Origin: a virus
Direction: 5' to 3' (one strand)
Virus record (IMG/VR): IMGVR_UViG_3300028840_004217
Span: 28,050-92,049 of that record
Length of the DNA stretch: 64,000 nt
The notes below the pieces were generated by a model. It was not told the DNA's origin. It did no database searches and saw nothing but the letters and a program-made list of their open reading frames with translations. Positions 48,211 through 57,738 of the stretch are shown piece after piece. Made by a program: the position numbers and the translations under genes. The first letter of the stretch is position 1. Each line of letters starts with the position of its first letter.

Positions 48211-49371
48211 ATGAGCAATCTCACGGAAGTCAAACACGATCATCCTCGGGTGGCCATCGTCGGCGTGGGCAACTGTGCCAGCGCCCTGGTGCAGGGCACG
48301 CAATACTACGCGGACAACGACACGAAGGAAGGGCTGGTGCGCCACATGATCGGCCCCTATGCGCCGGAGCACGTCCAGTTCAGTGCGGCCTTCGACGTGG
48401 ACCCGCGCAAAGTGGGTCACGACCTCGGACGCGCCATCAACCTGGGTGAGAACAACACCTGGCAGATGGTGCGCGACCCGTGGCACCGCAACGTACAGGT
48501 GGTCGAAAGCCCGGTGATGGACGGCCTGGGCAGAACCTACCGATCGGTGCTGCCCGCCCTGAACGGACGCGGGGATCGACCCACCTCCGAGGAGGACGTC
48601 GAATTCTATGCCGACATCCTGAGTGAATCGGACACCACCGTCCTGGTCAACTACCTCCCGGTGGGTTCCGAAGTCGCCACCCGCTTCTGGGCCGACGTGT
48701 GCCTGACGGCGGGCGTGGGTATGGTGAACGCGATCCCGGTGTTCATAGCGTCCGACCCGCAGTATCAAGCCGCCTTCGAGGAGCGCAACCTGCCCCTCAT
48801 GGGCGACGACATCAAGAGTCAGTTCGGGGCGACGATACTGCATCGCCTTCTGGCTCGCCTCGTGGGTGCCAGGGGCTACACCCTGGACAAGACCTACCAG
48901 CTCAATTTCGGCGGCAACATGGACTTCCGCAACATGCTCGACCATGAACGCCTCGCCTCGAAAAAGAAAAGCAAGACGGGCGCGGTGCAGGCCGAGTATG
49001 ACATAGAGGACGACCTGGTGCACATCTCTCCGTCCGACTATGTGCCGTGGCTCAAAGACGAGAAGTGGTGCTACATCAACATGCACCTGTCGGGATTCGG
49101 CGGCGCGCCGTCCGAGCTGGAGTTGAAGCTGAAGGTGTGGGACAGTCCCAACAGCGCGGGGTGCGTGATCGACTGCGTGCGCATCTGCCACCTGGCACTG
49201 CGGTGCGGCCTGGGCGGCACGCTCAACTACCCGTCCGCCGTGTACATGAAGTCGCCGCCCGAACAGATCGCGGACAGTCAGGCCGACATCAACCTGGATG
49301 CCTGGATAGAGGCCATGATGAACATCCTCGATCCGGTCACAAGCAACCATGAGTATGAAATCGTCGAATGA
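48211..49371 (+). CDS. ino1: myo-Inositol-1-phosphate synthase
   Basis: VAIVGVGNCASALVQG, YLPVGSE, GDDIKSQFGAT, QLNFGGNMDF, SKKKSKT, VWDSPNSAG. Confidence 0.95.
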   Translation: MSNLTEVKHDHPRVAIVGVGNCASALVQGTQYYADNDTKEGLVRHMIGPYAPEHVQFSAAFDVDPRKVGHDLGRAINLGENNTWQMVRDPWHRNVQVVESPVMDGLGRTYRSVLPALNGRGDRPTSEEDVEFYADILSESDTTVLVNYLPVGSEVATRFWADVCLTAGVGMVNAIPVFIASDPQYQAAFEERNLPLMGDDIKSQFGATILHRLLARLVGARGYTLDKTYQLNFGGNMDFRNMLDHERLASKKKSKTGAVQAEYDIEDDLVHISPSDYVPWLKDEKWCYINMHLSGFGGAPSELELKLKVWDSPNSAGCVIDCVRICHLALRCGLGGTLNYPSAVYMKSPPEQIADSQADINLDAWIEAMMNILDPVTSNHEYEIVE

Positions 49372-49867
49372 CATCGCAATGAACGGCGTGATTGCCAAAG
49401 AGATACGGGAGCCCGTCAACGCAGGCCGCCCGTTCTTCGTGGGGCAGGCACCGGGGCGTGACGGAGGCCGCCCACTCCTGGGGGCGGCATACCGCCGCTT
49501 CGGCGCACCCCACGGTATGACCGTCGAAGAATTCGCAGCCGCCACGGACCGGGCCAACCTGATACCCTACTGGCCCGGCAAGTCGGGCAAAGGCGATGCC
49601 TTCCCCAAAGGCGAGGCCAGGACGGAAGCCTGTCGCCTACCTTTGCACGGACGTCACCGCGTCCTCCTGCTCGGACAGAACGTGGCGTCCTGTTTCAACA
49701 TAGCGGGCGGTGACATGCTGGAGTGGTTCGTACACCCGCGCGGATTCATCTGCGCCGTCCTGCCGCACCCGTCCGGCATCAACAGGCAGTGGAACGACGC
49801 GGCCACCGTCGACCAGGTGAACGACTTCATGGCCCGCGTGTGGGACAATGCGAAGGAGAGATCATGA
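49349..49867 (+). CDS. Uracil-DNA glycosylase-superfamily protein
   Basis: FVGQAPG motif A, VLLLG, LPHPSG motif B. Confidence 0.75.
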   Translation: MSMKSSNDIAMNGVIAKEIREPVNAGRPFFVGQAPGRDGGRPLLGAAYRRFGAPHGMTVEEFAAATDRANLIPYWPGKSGKGDAFPKGEARTEACRLPLHGRHRVLLLGQNVASCFNIAGGDMLEWFVHPRGFICAVLPHPSGINRQWNDAATVDQVNDFMARVWDNAKERS

Positions 49868-50586
49868 GTAAAGAAACCGGCACGGACCATGTGATGCCCG
49901 AGGACAAGTGGGCGTTCGACGACGAAGTGACCGACGTGTTCGATGACATGCTCGCACGCTCTATACCGCAGTATGACGTGATGCGCGAACTCACGTTTCA
50001 ACTGGCCGCACACTTCCAGCAGGACAAGACGGACATCCTCGACATGGGATGCTCACGCGGGGAAGCCGTCGCCGCCCTGATCGACAAGTTCGGCGCCAGC
50101 AACCGGTTCACGGGCATCGACGTGTCGGAGCCTATGCTGAAAGCGGCCACCGACAGATTCCAGGGCTACATCAACTGCGGCGTGGTCGACATACGGCACT
50201 GTGACCTGCGTACCGACTTCCCGAACGTGTCCGCCTCCGTCGTCCTCTGCGTTCTCACGCTCCAGTTCACGCCGATAGAATACAGGCTCCGCATCATACA
50301 GGACATCTATGACCATCTCGTTCCAGGCGGGGCCCTATTACTGGTCGAGAAGGTACTTGGGGCCTCAGCCCGTATAGATACCCTGATGGTAGATGAATAC
50401 CTCCTGATGAAGTCTACGCAGGGTTATTCAAGAGATGAGATAGACCGGAAGCGGCTTTCACTGGAAGGCGTACTCGTACCGGTGACGGCGCGTATGAACG
50501 AGGAATTCCTTCAGTCGGCAGGCTTCAGAGAGATCGACTGTTACTGGCGGTGGCTCAACTTCATGGGCTGGCTGGCCGTCAGGTAG
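49864..50586 (+). CDS. cmoA: Carboxy-SAM synthase (CmoA-like)
   Basis: WAFDDEVTDVFDDMLARSIPQY, DMGCSRG, LTLQF, VEK, KRLSLEGV (Arg retained), WLNF. Confidence 0.85.
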   Translation: MSKETGTDHVMPEDKWAFDDEVTDVFDDMLARSIPQYDVMRELTFQLAAHFQQDKTDILDMGCSRGEAVAALIDKFGASNRFTGIDVSEPMLKAATDRFQGYINCGVVDIRHCDLRTDFPNVSASVVLCVLTLQFTPIEYRLRIIQDIYDHLVPGGALLLVEKVLGASARIDTLMVDEYLLMKSTQGYSRDEIDRKRLSLEGVLVPVTARMNEEFLQSAGFREIDCYWRWLNFMGWLAVR

Positions 50587-50610
50587 ACGAACACGCGGGG
50601 GATAGCACGC

Positions 50611-51393
50611 ATGGCCAACAGCGGCGGCATCACGACAGATGAAAAAGGGCGGCGGTATTTGAACGGAGCCCCGCTGTGTACGCACGTATTTCGTAAGGGG
50701 CGACGCAAGGGCGAACCCTGTCGTCGCATAGCGGTCAAGAACAGGCCGTACTGCAAGGACCACGGCGGACGCAACCCGGTGGGTATCGACACGCCCATGT
50801 ACATTCACGGCCGTCGCTCGAAATACTCGCCCGCCACCATAGCGGCCACCATCGACGAGATCATGGCCGACCCGCCACAGCGGATTCTCGACATACGGGA
50901 GGACATCGCCACGACGGAAGGCCTCCTGCGTGACGCCCTTGAAAAGCTGGAGACCGGAGAAGGGCCCAATGCCTGGAAGCAGGTGCAGACGCACTACAGG
51001 GCGATGCAGACCGCGCTACGGACGGGTGACATAGAGGGGGCGCAGCGACACCTGAATGAGATGGGCCCGCCCCTGGCCGAAGGCGCGTCGGATTCGGAGG
51101 CGCGACAGCAAGTCGCTGCACTCACACGCCAGAGCGCGGATCTGCGGGGCCGACTGTTCAACATGATGAAAGAACACGACGAGATCATCACAACCAAGCA
51201 GCTCCTCGCCTTCCTCTCCACGCAGATGGTGCGCCTCGGAGAGCGTGTGGCCGCGTTCGACTTCGGCGACGAGTTCATAGACACGGTGGGACGCGACATT
51301 GAAGAACTCCTCTCAACAACATTTAAAGACCCTGTTCCTCGACCAAGCCAGAACGGGCCTGGCGAAATTCCAGCGGCCAACAGCGGGGCCTGA
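50611..51393 (+). CDS. Terminase small subunit-like protein
   Basis: C...C...CKDHGG and HGRRSK motifs; directly upstream of the large subunit. Confidence 0.7.
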   Translation: MANSGGITTDEKGRRYLNGAPLCTHVFRKGRRKGEPCRRIAVKNRPYCKDHGGRNPVGIDTPMYIHGRRSKYSPATIAATIDEIMADPPQRILDIREDIATTEGLLRDALEKLETGEGPNAWKQVQTHYRAMQTALRTGDIEGAQRHLNEMGPPLAEGASDSEARQQVAALTRQSADLRGRLFNMMKEHDEIITTKQLLAFLSTQMVRLGERVAAFDFGDEFIDTVGRDIEELLSTTFKDPVPRPSQNGPGEIPAANSGA

Positions 51394-52933
51394 TGTATAC
51401 CGGCGGTGGGAAGCGTCTGCCAAAGACCTGGGGCTGGACGAAGCGCCCTGGTGTGACTTCCTACTCAAATACTTCTATCCTTCGTTCATAGACGCGACGG
51501 GCCACTGCTTTGAACCCGCCGTGTTTCACCATCTGTTTTGGGCGTGGGTGTGGGACGTGCAGCGCGGAGAGCGTCCGCAGCCGCTCGTCAACTGCTGGTT
51601 CCGCGGCTCCTCGAAATCGACCAACGCCGAGATCATACCCTGTGTGTTCGGCGCGTATGACAAACGCTCCTACGGCATCTACGTGTGCAATACGCAGGCA
51701 CAGGCCGATGACCACGTTCAGAACATCGCAGACAAACTCTCCTCCCGCCCCTTTGCCGACGACTACCCCGCCCTGGCGGATCGCGCCGTCGGAGCCTTCG
51801 GCCACTCGAAGGGCTGGCGCAGAAACAGGCTCCGCACCAGATCGGGCATGACGATCGATGCCCTCGGCCTCGACACGGGCCGCATCCGCGGACTCAAGAT
51901 CGAGGATCAGCGTCCGGATTTCCTCGTCCTCGATGACATCGACGACATCACGGACAGTACGGGCACGATAGAGAAGAACACCGCCGTACTGACCAAGAGC
52001 ATCCTGCCCGCAGGCGCGGACGACCTGGCTGTGTGCGTCATTCAGAACAAGGTGCGCGACGACGGCATCATGGGCAGCCTGGTCAACGGCAACGCGGATT
52101 ATCTGCGGGACCGGTTTCTGAACGGCCCTATCCCGGCGATACAGAACTTCGAGTTCGAGCACCGGGCGAACCGCAACGTGATCGTCGCCGGCATCAGCAC
52201 CTGGAGCGGCAAGTCGCTGGCCCGGTGCCAGAAGGAAATCGACGACGAAGGCATCAGCGCGTTCCTCGAGGAGAACCAGCACGCCACCGCCACGATCAAG
52301 GGCGGCATCTTCGACCTGGTGCACTACCGCCACTGCAACCCTGGTGACGTACCCACGCCAGAGTTCACGTCCGTGTGGGTCGATCCCGCCGTGTCCGATA
52401 CGGACAACAGCGACGCCCACGGTGTCCAGGCGTCCTCGATGGACGCCAACGGGCTGGTGTACAAACGTCGCTCCTGGGAGCAACGGGCCACGCCGGAGCA
52501 GGCACTGATGCGGGCCATCATGTGGGCCGACGAGTTGAACGCCGACTGCGTGGGTGTCGAAACCGATCAGGGGGGCGACCTGTGGAAAGGAACCTACCGG
52601 CGCATGTGCGCCGAGCTGGGCAAACCGCGCAGGCCGTTCCGATCTGCGAAGGCGGGTTCGTCGCGGCAGAGCAAGACGGGCCGCGTGGGGCAGCAGGTGA
52701 CGGACTATGAAACCGGCCTGGTGGTTCACGTCCTCGGGACGCACCACGTCCTTGAGAACGCCCTGGACCGCTTTCCCAAGCAGAAGCCGTTCGACCTGGC
52801 CGACGCGGATTACTGGTGCTGGAAGGACCTGACGCAGTTCAGGGAGTCCGAGTCGAGTTCCTACTACGAGGAAACGACGCTCGAAGACGAGCTGGACGAA
52901 ATCGAGCGTCTGGAAGCGGAAGGGACGTTATAG
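51299..52933 (+). CDS. Terminase large subunit
   Basis: Walker A FRGSSKST, RG...RPDFLVLDD Walker B, VDPA, ETDQGG, DLADA nuclease motifs. Confidence 0.9.
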   Translation: MKNSSQQHLKTLFLDQARTGLAKFQRPTAGPDVYRRWEASAKDLGLDEAPWCDFLLKYFYPSFIDATGHCFEPAVFHHLFWAWVWDVQRGERPQPLVNCWFRGSSKSTNAEIIPCVFGAYDKRSYGIYVCNTQAQADDHVQNIADKLSSRPFADDYPALADRAVGAFGHSKGWRRNRLRTRSGMTIDALGLDTGRIRGLKIEDQRPDFLVLDDIDDITDSTGTIEKNTAVLTKSILPAGADDLAVCVIQNKVRDDGIMGSLVNGNADYLRDRFLNGPIPAIQNFEFEHRANRNVIVAGISTWSGKSLARCQKEIDDEGISAFLEENQHATATIKGGIFDLVHYRHCNPGDVPTPEFTSVWVDPAVSDTDNSDAHGVQASSMDANGLVYKRRSWEQRATPEQALMRAIMWADELNADCVGVETDQGGDLWKGTYRRMCAELGKPRRPFRSAKAGSSRQSKTGRVGQQVTDYETGLVVHVLGTHHVLENALDRFPKQKPFDLADADYWCWKDLTQFRESESSSYYEETTLEDELDEIERLEAEGTL

Positions 52934-53161
52934 AATGGTGATCGTGAAGGCGGGCGGGTTGATCTGCCTGATGGCGTGTTCGAGATCGCCGGGAGATGTA
53001 GAGTGACCCACGATGAATATGTCGGCACCCGTACTGTAGTAGGTCGGCGGTTCGCCCCCGTGGTCGAGATAGAGGGCAGCGATCTTGGCGTAGATGGCGG
53101 GGATCATCCCCTTGCCGTATCCTCCGCGTTTGCGTTTCAGTCTGACTGTTGTGGTCGTCAT
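52928..53161 (-). CDS. Small independently expressed (moron-like) gene
   Basis: Has its own promoter (53185-53213) and CACAAGGAG RBS; antisense to the late operon. Confidence 0.65.
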   Translation of the reverse strand: MTTTTVRLKRKRGGYGKGMIPAIYAKIAALYLDHGGEPPTYYSTGADIFIVGHSTSPGDLEHAIRQINPPAFTITIL

Positions 53162-53184
53162 CTGTTCCTCCTTGTGTTGTATAC

Positions 53185-53213
53185 AATATAATATCATTTA
53201 TTCACATTGTCAA
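53185..53213 (-). promoter_or_regulatory. Early sigma70-type promoter
   Basis: TTGACA-17-TATATT. Confidence 0.8.
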
Positions 53214-53284
53214 GAGGGTCGCCTGAAAAAAATTCATAAAAAGTTGTACGCTTTTGCGCGGCCCGTGCATATAATGAGTTCACC

Positions 53285-53512
53285 ATGACCGTCATATTCT
53301 ACTTCGTGCTTTGCGCATACATCTCATTCACGGGATTTTCCTGGTGGTGGGCCTTCAAGACAGCCAAACCCTCGAACACGACGACGGTGTTCGGCGTGAC
53401 CCTGTTCTGGCACGGGGTCGTGTCTATCGTCGTGCTGTTCGCGTTCGTCATCTGGACGCTGGCCCACGCCGCCGGACACATCATGGCGCACTCGCTCATT
53501 CAAGGATGGTGA
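53285..53512 (+). CDS. Small 2-TM membrane protein
   Basis: Two hydrophobic segments; TATAAT just upstream. Confidence 0.5.
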   Translation: MTVIFYFVLCAYISFTGFSWWWAFKTAKPSNTTTVFGVTLFWHGVVSIVVLFAFVIWTLAHAAGHIMAHSLIQGW

Positions 53513-53515
53513 TTT

Positions 53516-55840
53516 ATGTTCGGTGAAACTCTCCTCCGCGAACACTCGCGGCTGGACGTGGACCTGCTGCGACAGTCCACCGAGGCGCAAGGCATATCGA
53601 CGGGCATGACCGAGGAGGTCGCCCGCCACCCTATCCAGACGGGACCGGGCGGGGCACTCAAACCTGAAACGCTCCGCAGGCTGGCCGAGAGTTCGTCAGC
53701 GGTGCGGCCCGCCGTGGAGACCATCAAGCGCACCATCGCCTTCATGCGGTGGGACATCGTGTTGAAGGACGAGGAGGCGGAGGAAACGGACGACATCAAG
53801 GCGCGGCGCGATGAACTGCGCGCCCTGTTCAGCCAGCCCAACGTCAACCCGTTCCCGTTCTCGAACCTGCTCTCGATGGTCCTCGACGACCTGCTCATCC
53901 TGGACAAGTACACGATAGAGGTCGTCAAGAACCGGGCGGGCGACAAGGTGGTGGAGCTGTGGGAACGCGACGCGGCCACCATCACGCCCGACATCGACGA
54001 GCAGGGTGTCTGGACCGGCTTCACGCAGAAGATACCGAACAAGCTGGGGCAGACCAAAAAAGTCATTCCGTTCACGCCGGAGCAGATCATATTCTGCTCT
54101 ATGTTCCCCCGCAGCAACAGACCGACCGGCACGCCCATAATAGAGACCATCATCAACGAGGTCACGTCCCTCCTGTTCATGATACAGCACATCGGCGTCA
54201 CGTTCACGGAGGACGAGATACCGCCCGGCATCCTGTGGCTCGGCGACGGCATAGCGCGTGAGGTGTTCGCCCGCGTCACCGCCTCGCTCAAGCAGGGACG
54301 CCGCCGCAAATTCGAGGACCTCAAGTTCCGCGTGTACGGCGGCGGACAGCAGGCACCGAAGTGGGTCGAACTGAAACGGGCCAACCGGGACGAGCAGATG
54401 CGGGAGCTGCGCCACGACATCGAAGACATCGTGTTCATCAACTTCGGTGTGATGCCCGCCCGCATGGGCCGCACCGACCGCGTGAACCGAAGCAACATAG
54501 AACAGCAGGCCCGGTGGGAGGAATCGACCCTCATCCGACCGATCATGAAGCTGCTGGAGTTCGCCGTCACCCTGGCCGTCATAGAACGCGGCTACGGATA
54601 CAACGACCTCGCCTGGCGGCTCATACCCGACCGGGAGGAGACCGAGGAGAGCCGCGCCGAAGTCGCCAACAAGATGCTCGGTCCCGACATCCCGGTGTTC
54701 ACCATCAACGGCGTTCGGGCCAAGCTGTACGACGAGGAGCCGTGGGACATCATCGCCGCCAATGAGCCGTTCATCATGACACCCACCGGCCCTATGTTCC
54801 TCAAGGACATGATGCCCCTGGCCGATCAGCCGGATGACGAAGGCGACGATGACGGCGACACGGACGGCGACGACGACGACACGCAGGGACCGGACGGGGC
54901 GGGACCGGAGGAAGGACCCGACGCGGAACCGGCGGACGGCGATGCGGCGGCGAGTGTGAACGGCCGTCGTCTGCCGCCAGCGGCGGTTTCAATGTCGGTA
55001 GACGCATTTCTGGAACGGGCGCAGAGTACTCAAACGGTTGACGTATCGAACTGGCACTCGATGCAGTCTATGGCCGTTTTCGAGCAGATACGGCCTATGG
55101 TCGAGAAACAGGAGATCGAAGGCCGCCGATTCCTCACGACACTGACGGGCACGATCTTCACCGCCTATTCGCTGACCATGCTTGCCGCCTGGAACGAGGC
55201 GCGGAAGAACATAGCGGACAGCCTGGCGGCGCAGACGCAGCTGGTGGGTGACAACCTGATCATTGCCGACCCGCAGACGCGGCAGGAGGAGATGGCCCTG
55301 GTGCTGGCGGGCATGCTGACCCTGTTTCAGCAGGCCGCAGGCGAGGCGTTCTCTATGGCGGGCGTGGTGGGACGCAACGCGGCCCAATCTATAGAAGCGG
55401 GCGCGGCCCTGACGCCGCGTGACCTGGCCGACCTGGTGCGCGAACACGAACTGGACAACAGCACGTTCCTCCGCAACAGGCTCGTCCGCAAAGTGGGCAC
55501 TGCCCTGTGGGCCGTATCTCGGAATACGTTCGACACGTCCGAGGCGGCGCGGGATGCGGCGCGCAAGGCGTTCGACAGCCAGGTGTACCGCCTGGACCGG
55601 TATGCCCGGCGTGTACATTCTATAGGGACGGACATATATGTGCGGGCCCTCGACCTGACGCGCAAGTACCGGTGGCGGTGGTGGGATGTGGGGGACGACG
55701 TGGAGTGTTCGGCGTGCGTGGACGCCCAGGCCCGGTCGCCCTACGCCAACCGAGGAGAGATGCCGTTCCTGCCCGGCCAGAGTCCCGAATGCAACGGCAA
55801 CTGCCGGTGTGAAATCGAAGCGGAGGTCCTGCCGACCTGA
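53516..55840 (+). CDS. Portal protein fused to a MuF/minor-head-like C-terminal domain
   Basis: Portal motifs (PN, GTPIIE, FGVMP..MG, TINGVR), acidic linker, then W...GDDVECSAC...CNGNCRC. Confidence 0.85.
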   Translation: MFGETLLREHSRLDVDLLRQSTEAQGISTGMTEEVARHPIQTGPGGALKPETLRRLAESSSAVRPAVETIKRTIAFMRWDIVLKDEEAEETDDIKARRDELRALFSQPNVNPFPFSNLLSMVLDDLLILDKYTIEVVKNRAGDKVVELWERDAATITPDIDEQGVWTGFTQKIPNKLGQTKKVIPFTPEQIIFCSMFPRSNRPTGTPIIETIINEVTSLLFMIQHIGVTFTEDEIPPGILWLGDGIAREVFARVTASLKQGRRRKFEDLKFRVYGGGQQAPKWVELKRANRDEQMRELRHDIEDIVFINFGVMPARMGRTDRVNRSNIEQQARWEESTLIRPIMKLLEFAVTLAVIERGYGYNDLAWRLIPDREETEESRAEVANKMLGPDIPVFTINGVRAKLYDEEPWDIIAANEPFIMTPTGPMFLKDMMPLADQPDDEGDDDGDTDGDDDDTQGPDGAGPEEGPDAEPADGDAAASVNGRRLPPAAVSMSVDAFLERAQSTQTVDVSNWHSMQSMAVFEQIRPMVEKQEIEGRRFLTTLTGTIFTAYSLTMLAAWNEARKNIADSLAAQTQLVGDNLIIADPQTRQEEMALVLAGMLTLFQQAAGEAFSMAGVVGRNAAQSIEAGAALTPRDLADLVREHELDNSTFLRNRLVRKVGTALWAVSRNTFDTSEAARDAARKAFDSQVYRLDRYARRVHSIGTDIYVRALDLTRKYRWRWWDVGDDVECSACVDAQARSPYANRGEMPFLPGQSPECNGNCRCEIEAEVLPT

Positions 55841-55923
55841 AGCGGGTCGGAAAAAATAGATTGACAACGTGAGCCGCCCCGTGTATTGATTGGGGCATAA
55901 GACAACAACGAAACATCGTGCCC

Positions 55924-55955
55924 AGCGCACTTCTCGTTTGAGAGGTGCGCTTTTT
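55924..55955 (+). terminator. Intrinsic terminator-like hairpin
   Basis: AGCGCACTTCTC-GTTT-GAGAGGTGCGCT followed by a T run. Confidence 0.7.
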
Positions 55956-56064
55956 GCGTTTGGAGCGCAGATCAACATGAAAGATGCACCCGACAAAATC
56001 GCCGTCATCGAATGGCCCGACGTCCGGACAAGCGGCCTGGGTGACAAGCAAAAGGTGGCAGAGC

Positions 56065-57657
56065 ATGAAGCGACGCATCGTAAATCTCGACGGCGCACCC
56101 GTAAGGTTCGAGGCGCCCGCTATGATCACGCGGGCCTGGATCGACAAAGAGGACGGGACGCGGAAGGTTGAGATGCTGGCGTCGGGCACCAAGATCGACG
56201 CCTATGACGACCGGTTCTCGCCTGACGCGGTTCGCGCGATGGCCAGTGATTTCATAGGCAAGGATTTCCTGCCCGACCACCGCGCCGAGTGGGACGAAAT
56301 CCTGGGGACCATCGTGGACGGACGCGTGGACGATCAGGTGCAGTACTTCGCCACGGCGCAGCTCGATCCTATGGGGGCCGAAGCGGAGCAGAAAGTGGAC
56401 GCCCTGTTTTCGATGGTGCAGGCGGGCAAGCGTGTGGGCGTGAGCATCGCGGGCTGGATCAAGCGTGTGATGTTCGAGGAGGACGAGGAAACGGGCAAGG
56501 AGATCCGCGTGATCGACAGCCTGGACCCCGACCACATCGCGGTGACGCGCAGGCCGGCCTATGAGGACGCCATGATCACGGGCCTGGTGCGCAGCATGAA
56601 CGAGAAGGACAACGCCGCCCTCATCAATAAGATACTGGCCGACGCGCCCGTGGAGGACGAAGCCACATCCGAACCGGAGCATACCCGCGATACCGACGTG
56701 ACCGACCCACCGCCCACCGACAACGTGACCTTCACCGGAACAGTATCATCGACGCTGCGCGAGCTGGTGCGTGAGGTGCTGGCTGAAGTCACCGTTGAAG
56801 GCGAGGTCGAAGGCGACGGCACCGGTGAGGTGCTGCCCGAGTTCGATCCGGACGTGGAACGTGAGGCCGGGCCCGCCGATGCCGCCGACGAGCTGCGCGA
56901 GTTGATCAGGCGCGTGTTCGGCAAGCGTGACGGGGTGGAGACCGATCTGAGGGACGACTATCAAGAGCTGGTGGCGGCACGTGGAGCACTACGCACCGCG
57001 CCGGAGTTCACTGACATCGAGCCTACGCTCATCAAGTGGCTTGCTCACGTGGAGCAGGCCGATATAACCGAGGACGAGTTGGAGTGCGCCGCAGACCTCA
57101 TGTTGGCCGGTGACCTTCCAGACTGCCTCAAAACAGAGGAGAACGACATGACTCCCGAACAACTCGAAGCACTGCTGACCCGCATCAATCAGCAGAATTC
57201 CGAGACGATCGCGGCGTCCGTTGCTGCGGCGGTCCAGCCCATCACCGAAGGTATGGCGGCCATCCTGCAGAAGCAGGAGGAGATCGACCAGAAGGCCGAC
57301 GGCGCGGTGGAAGCGGCACAGGCGGCACAGCAGAGGGCGGACAGCGTGGCGGACGAGCCCGACCGTCAGGGTGCGTCCACAGCGCGGACGATGCCCGACG
57401 GCTCCCCTATACCGGAGGACCTGATCGACCCGTTCGCCCAGGTCGCCCGTGATGCGAAGTCGCCGGAATTTGACGAAGCGTGCCGGAAGGATCCGCACGG
57501 CATGTTGCGCAACGTACTCACGGCCCTCTCGGATTCTTCGGGGTTCTGCTATCTGGCAGACCGGCTTCGTGAGGAAGGCAAGACCTCTCCGCTCGGCAAT
57601 CTGGCGGAGGGCGTGACGGCGTGGGCACCGAACTCTCACATACCCCCGGCGGCGTAA
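56065..57657 (+). CDS. Prohead protease (HK97-type) fused to a scaffold region
   Basis: AS...DAYDD, PDH, GVSIAG, HIAVTRRPAYEDA; acidic/helical C-terminus. Confidence 0.8.
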   Translation: MKRRIVNLDGAPVRFEAPAMITRAWIDKEDGTRKVEMLASGTKIDAYDDRFSPDAVRAMASDFIGKDFLPDHRAEWDEILGTIVDGRVDDQVQYFATAQLDPMGAEAEQKVDALFSMVQAGKRVGVSIAGWIKRVMFEEDEETGKEIRVIDSLDPDHIAVTRRPAYEDAMITGLVRSMNEKDNAALINKILADAPVEDEATSEPEHTRDTDVTDPPPTDNVTFTGTVSSTLRELVREVLAEVTVEGEVEGDGTGEVLPEFDPDVEREAGPADAADELRELIRRVFGKRDGVETDLRDDYQELVAARGALRTAPEFTDIEPTLIKWLAHVEQADITEDELECAADLMLAGDLPDCLKTEENDMTPEQLEALLTRINQQNSETIAASVAAAVQPITEGMAAILQKQEEIDQKADGAVEAAQAAQQRADSVADEPDRQGASTARTMPDGSPIPEDLIDPFAQVARDAKSPEFDEACRKDPHGMLRNVLTALSDSSGFCYLADRLREEGKTSPLGNLAEGVTAWAPNSHIPPAA

Positions 57658-57738
57658 CCGGGCACAGGGACCGCTGCTGACTCTCGTCCCGCAATAGAGG
57701 ACTGGAAGCAGTGCATCACTTCAACGAAAGGACGAACC

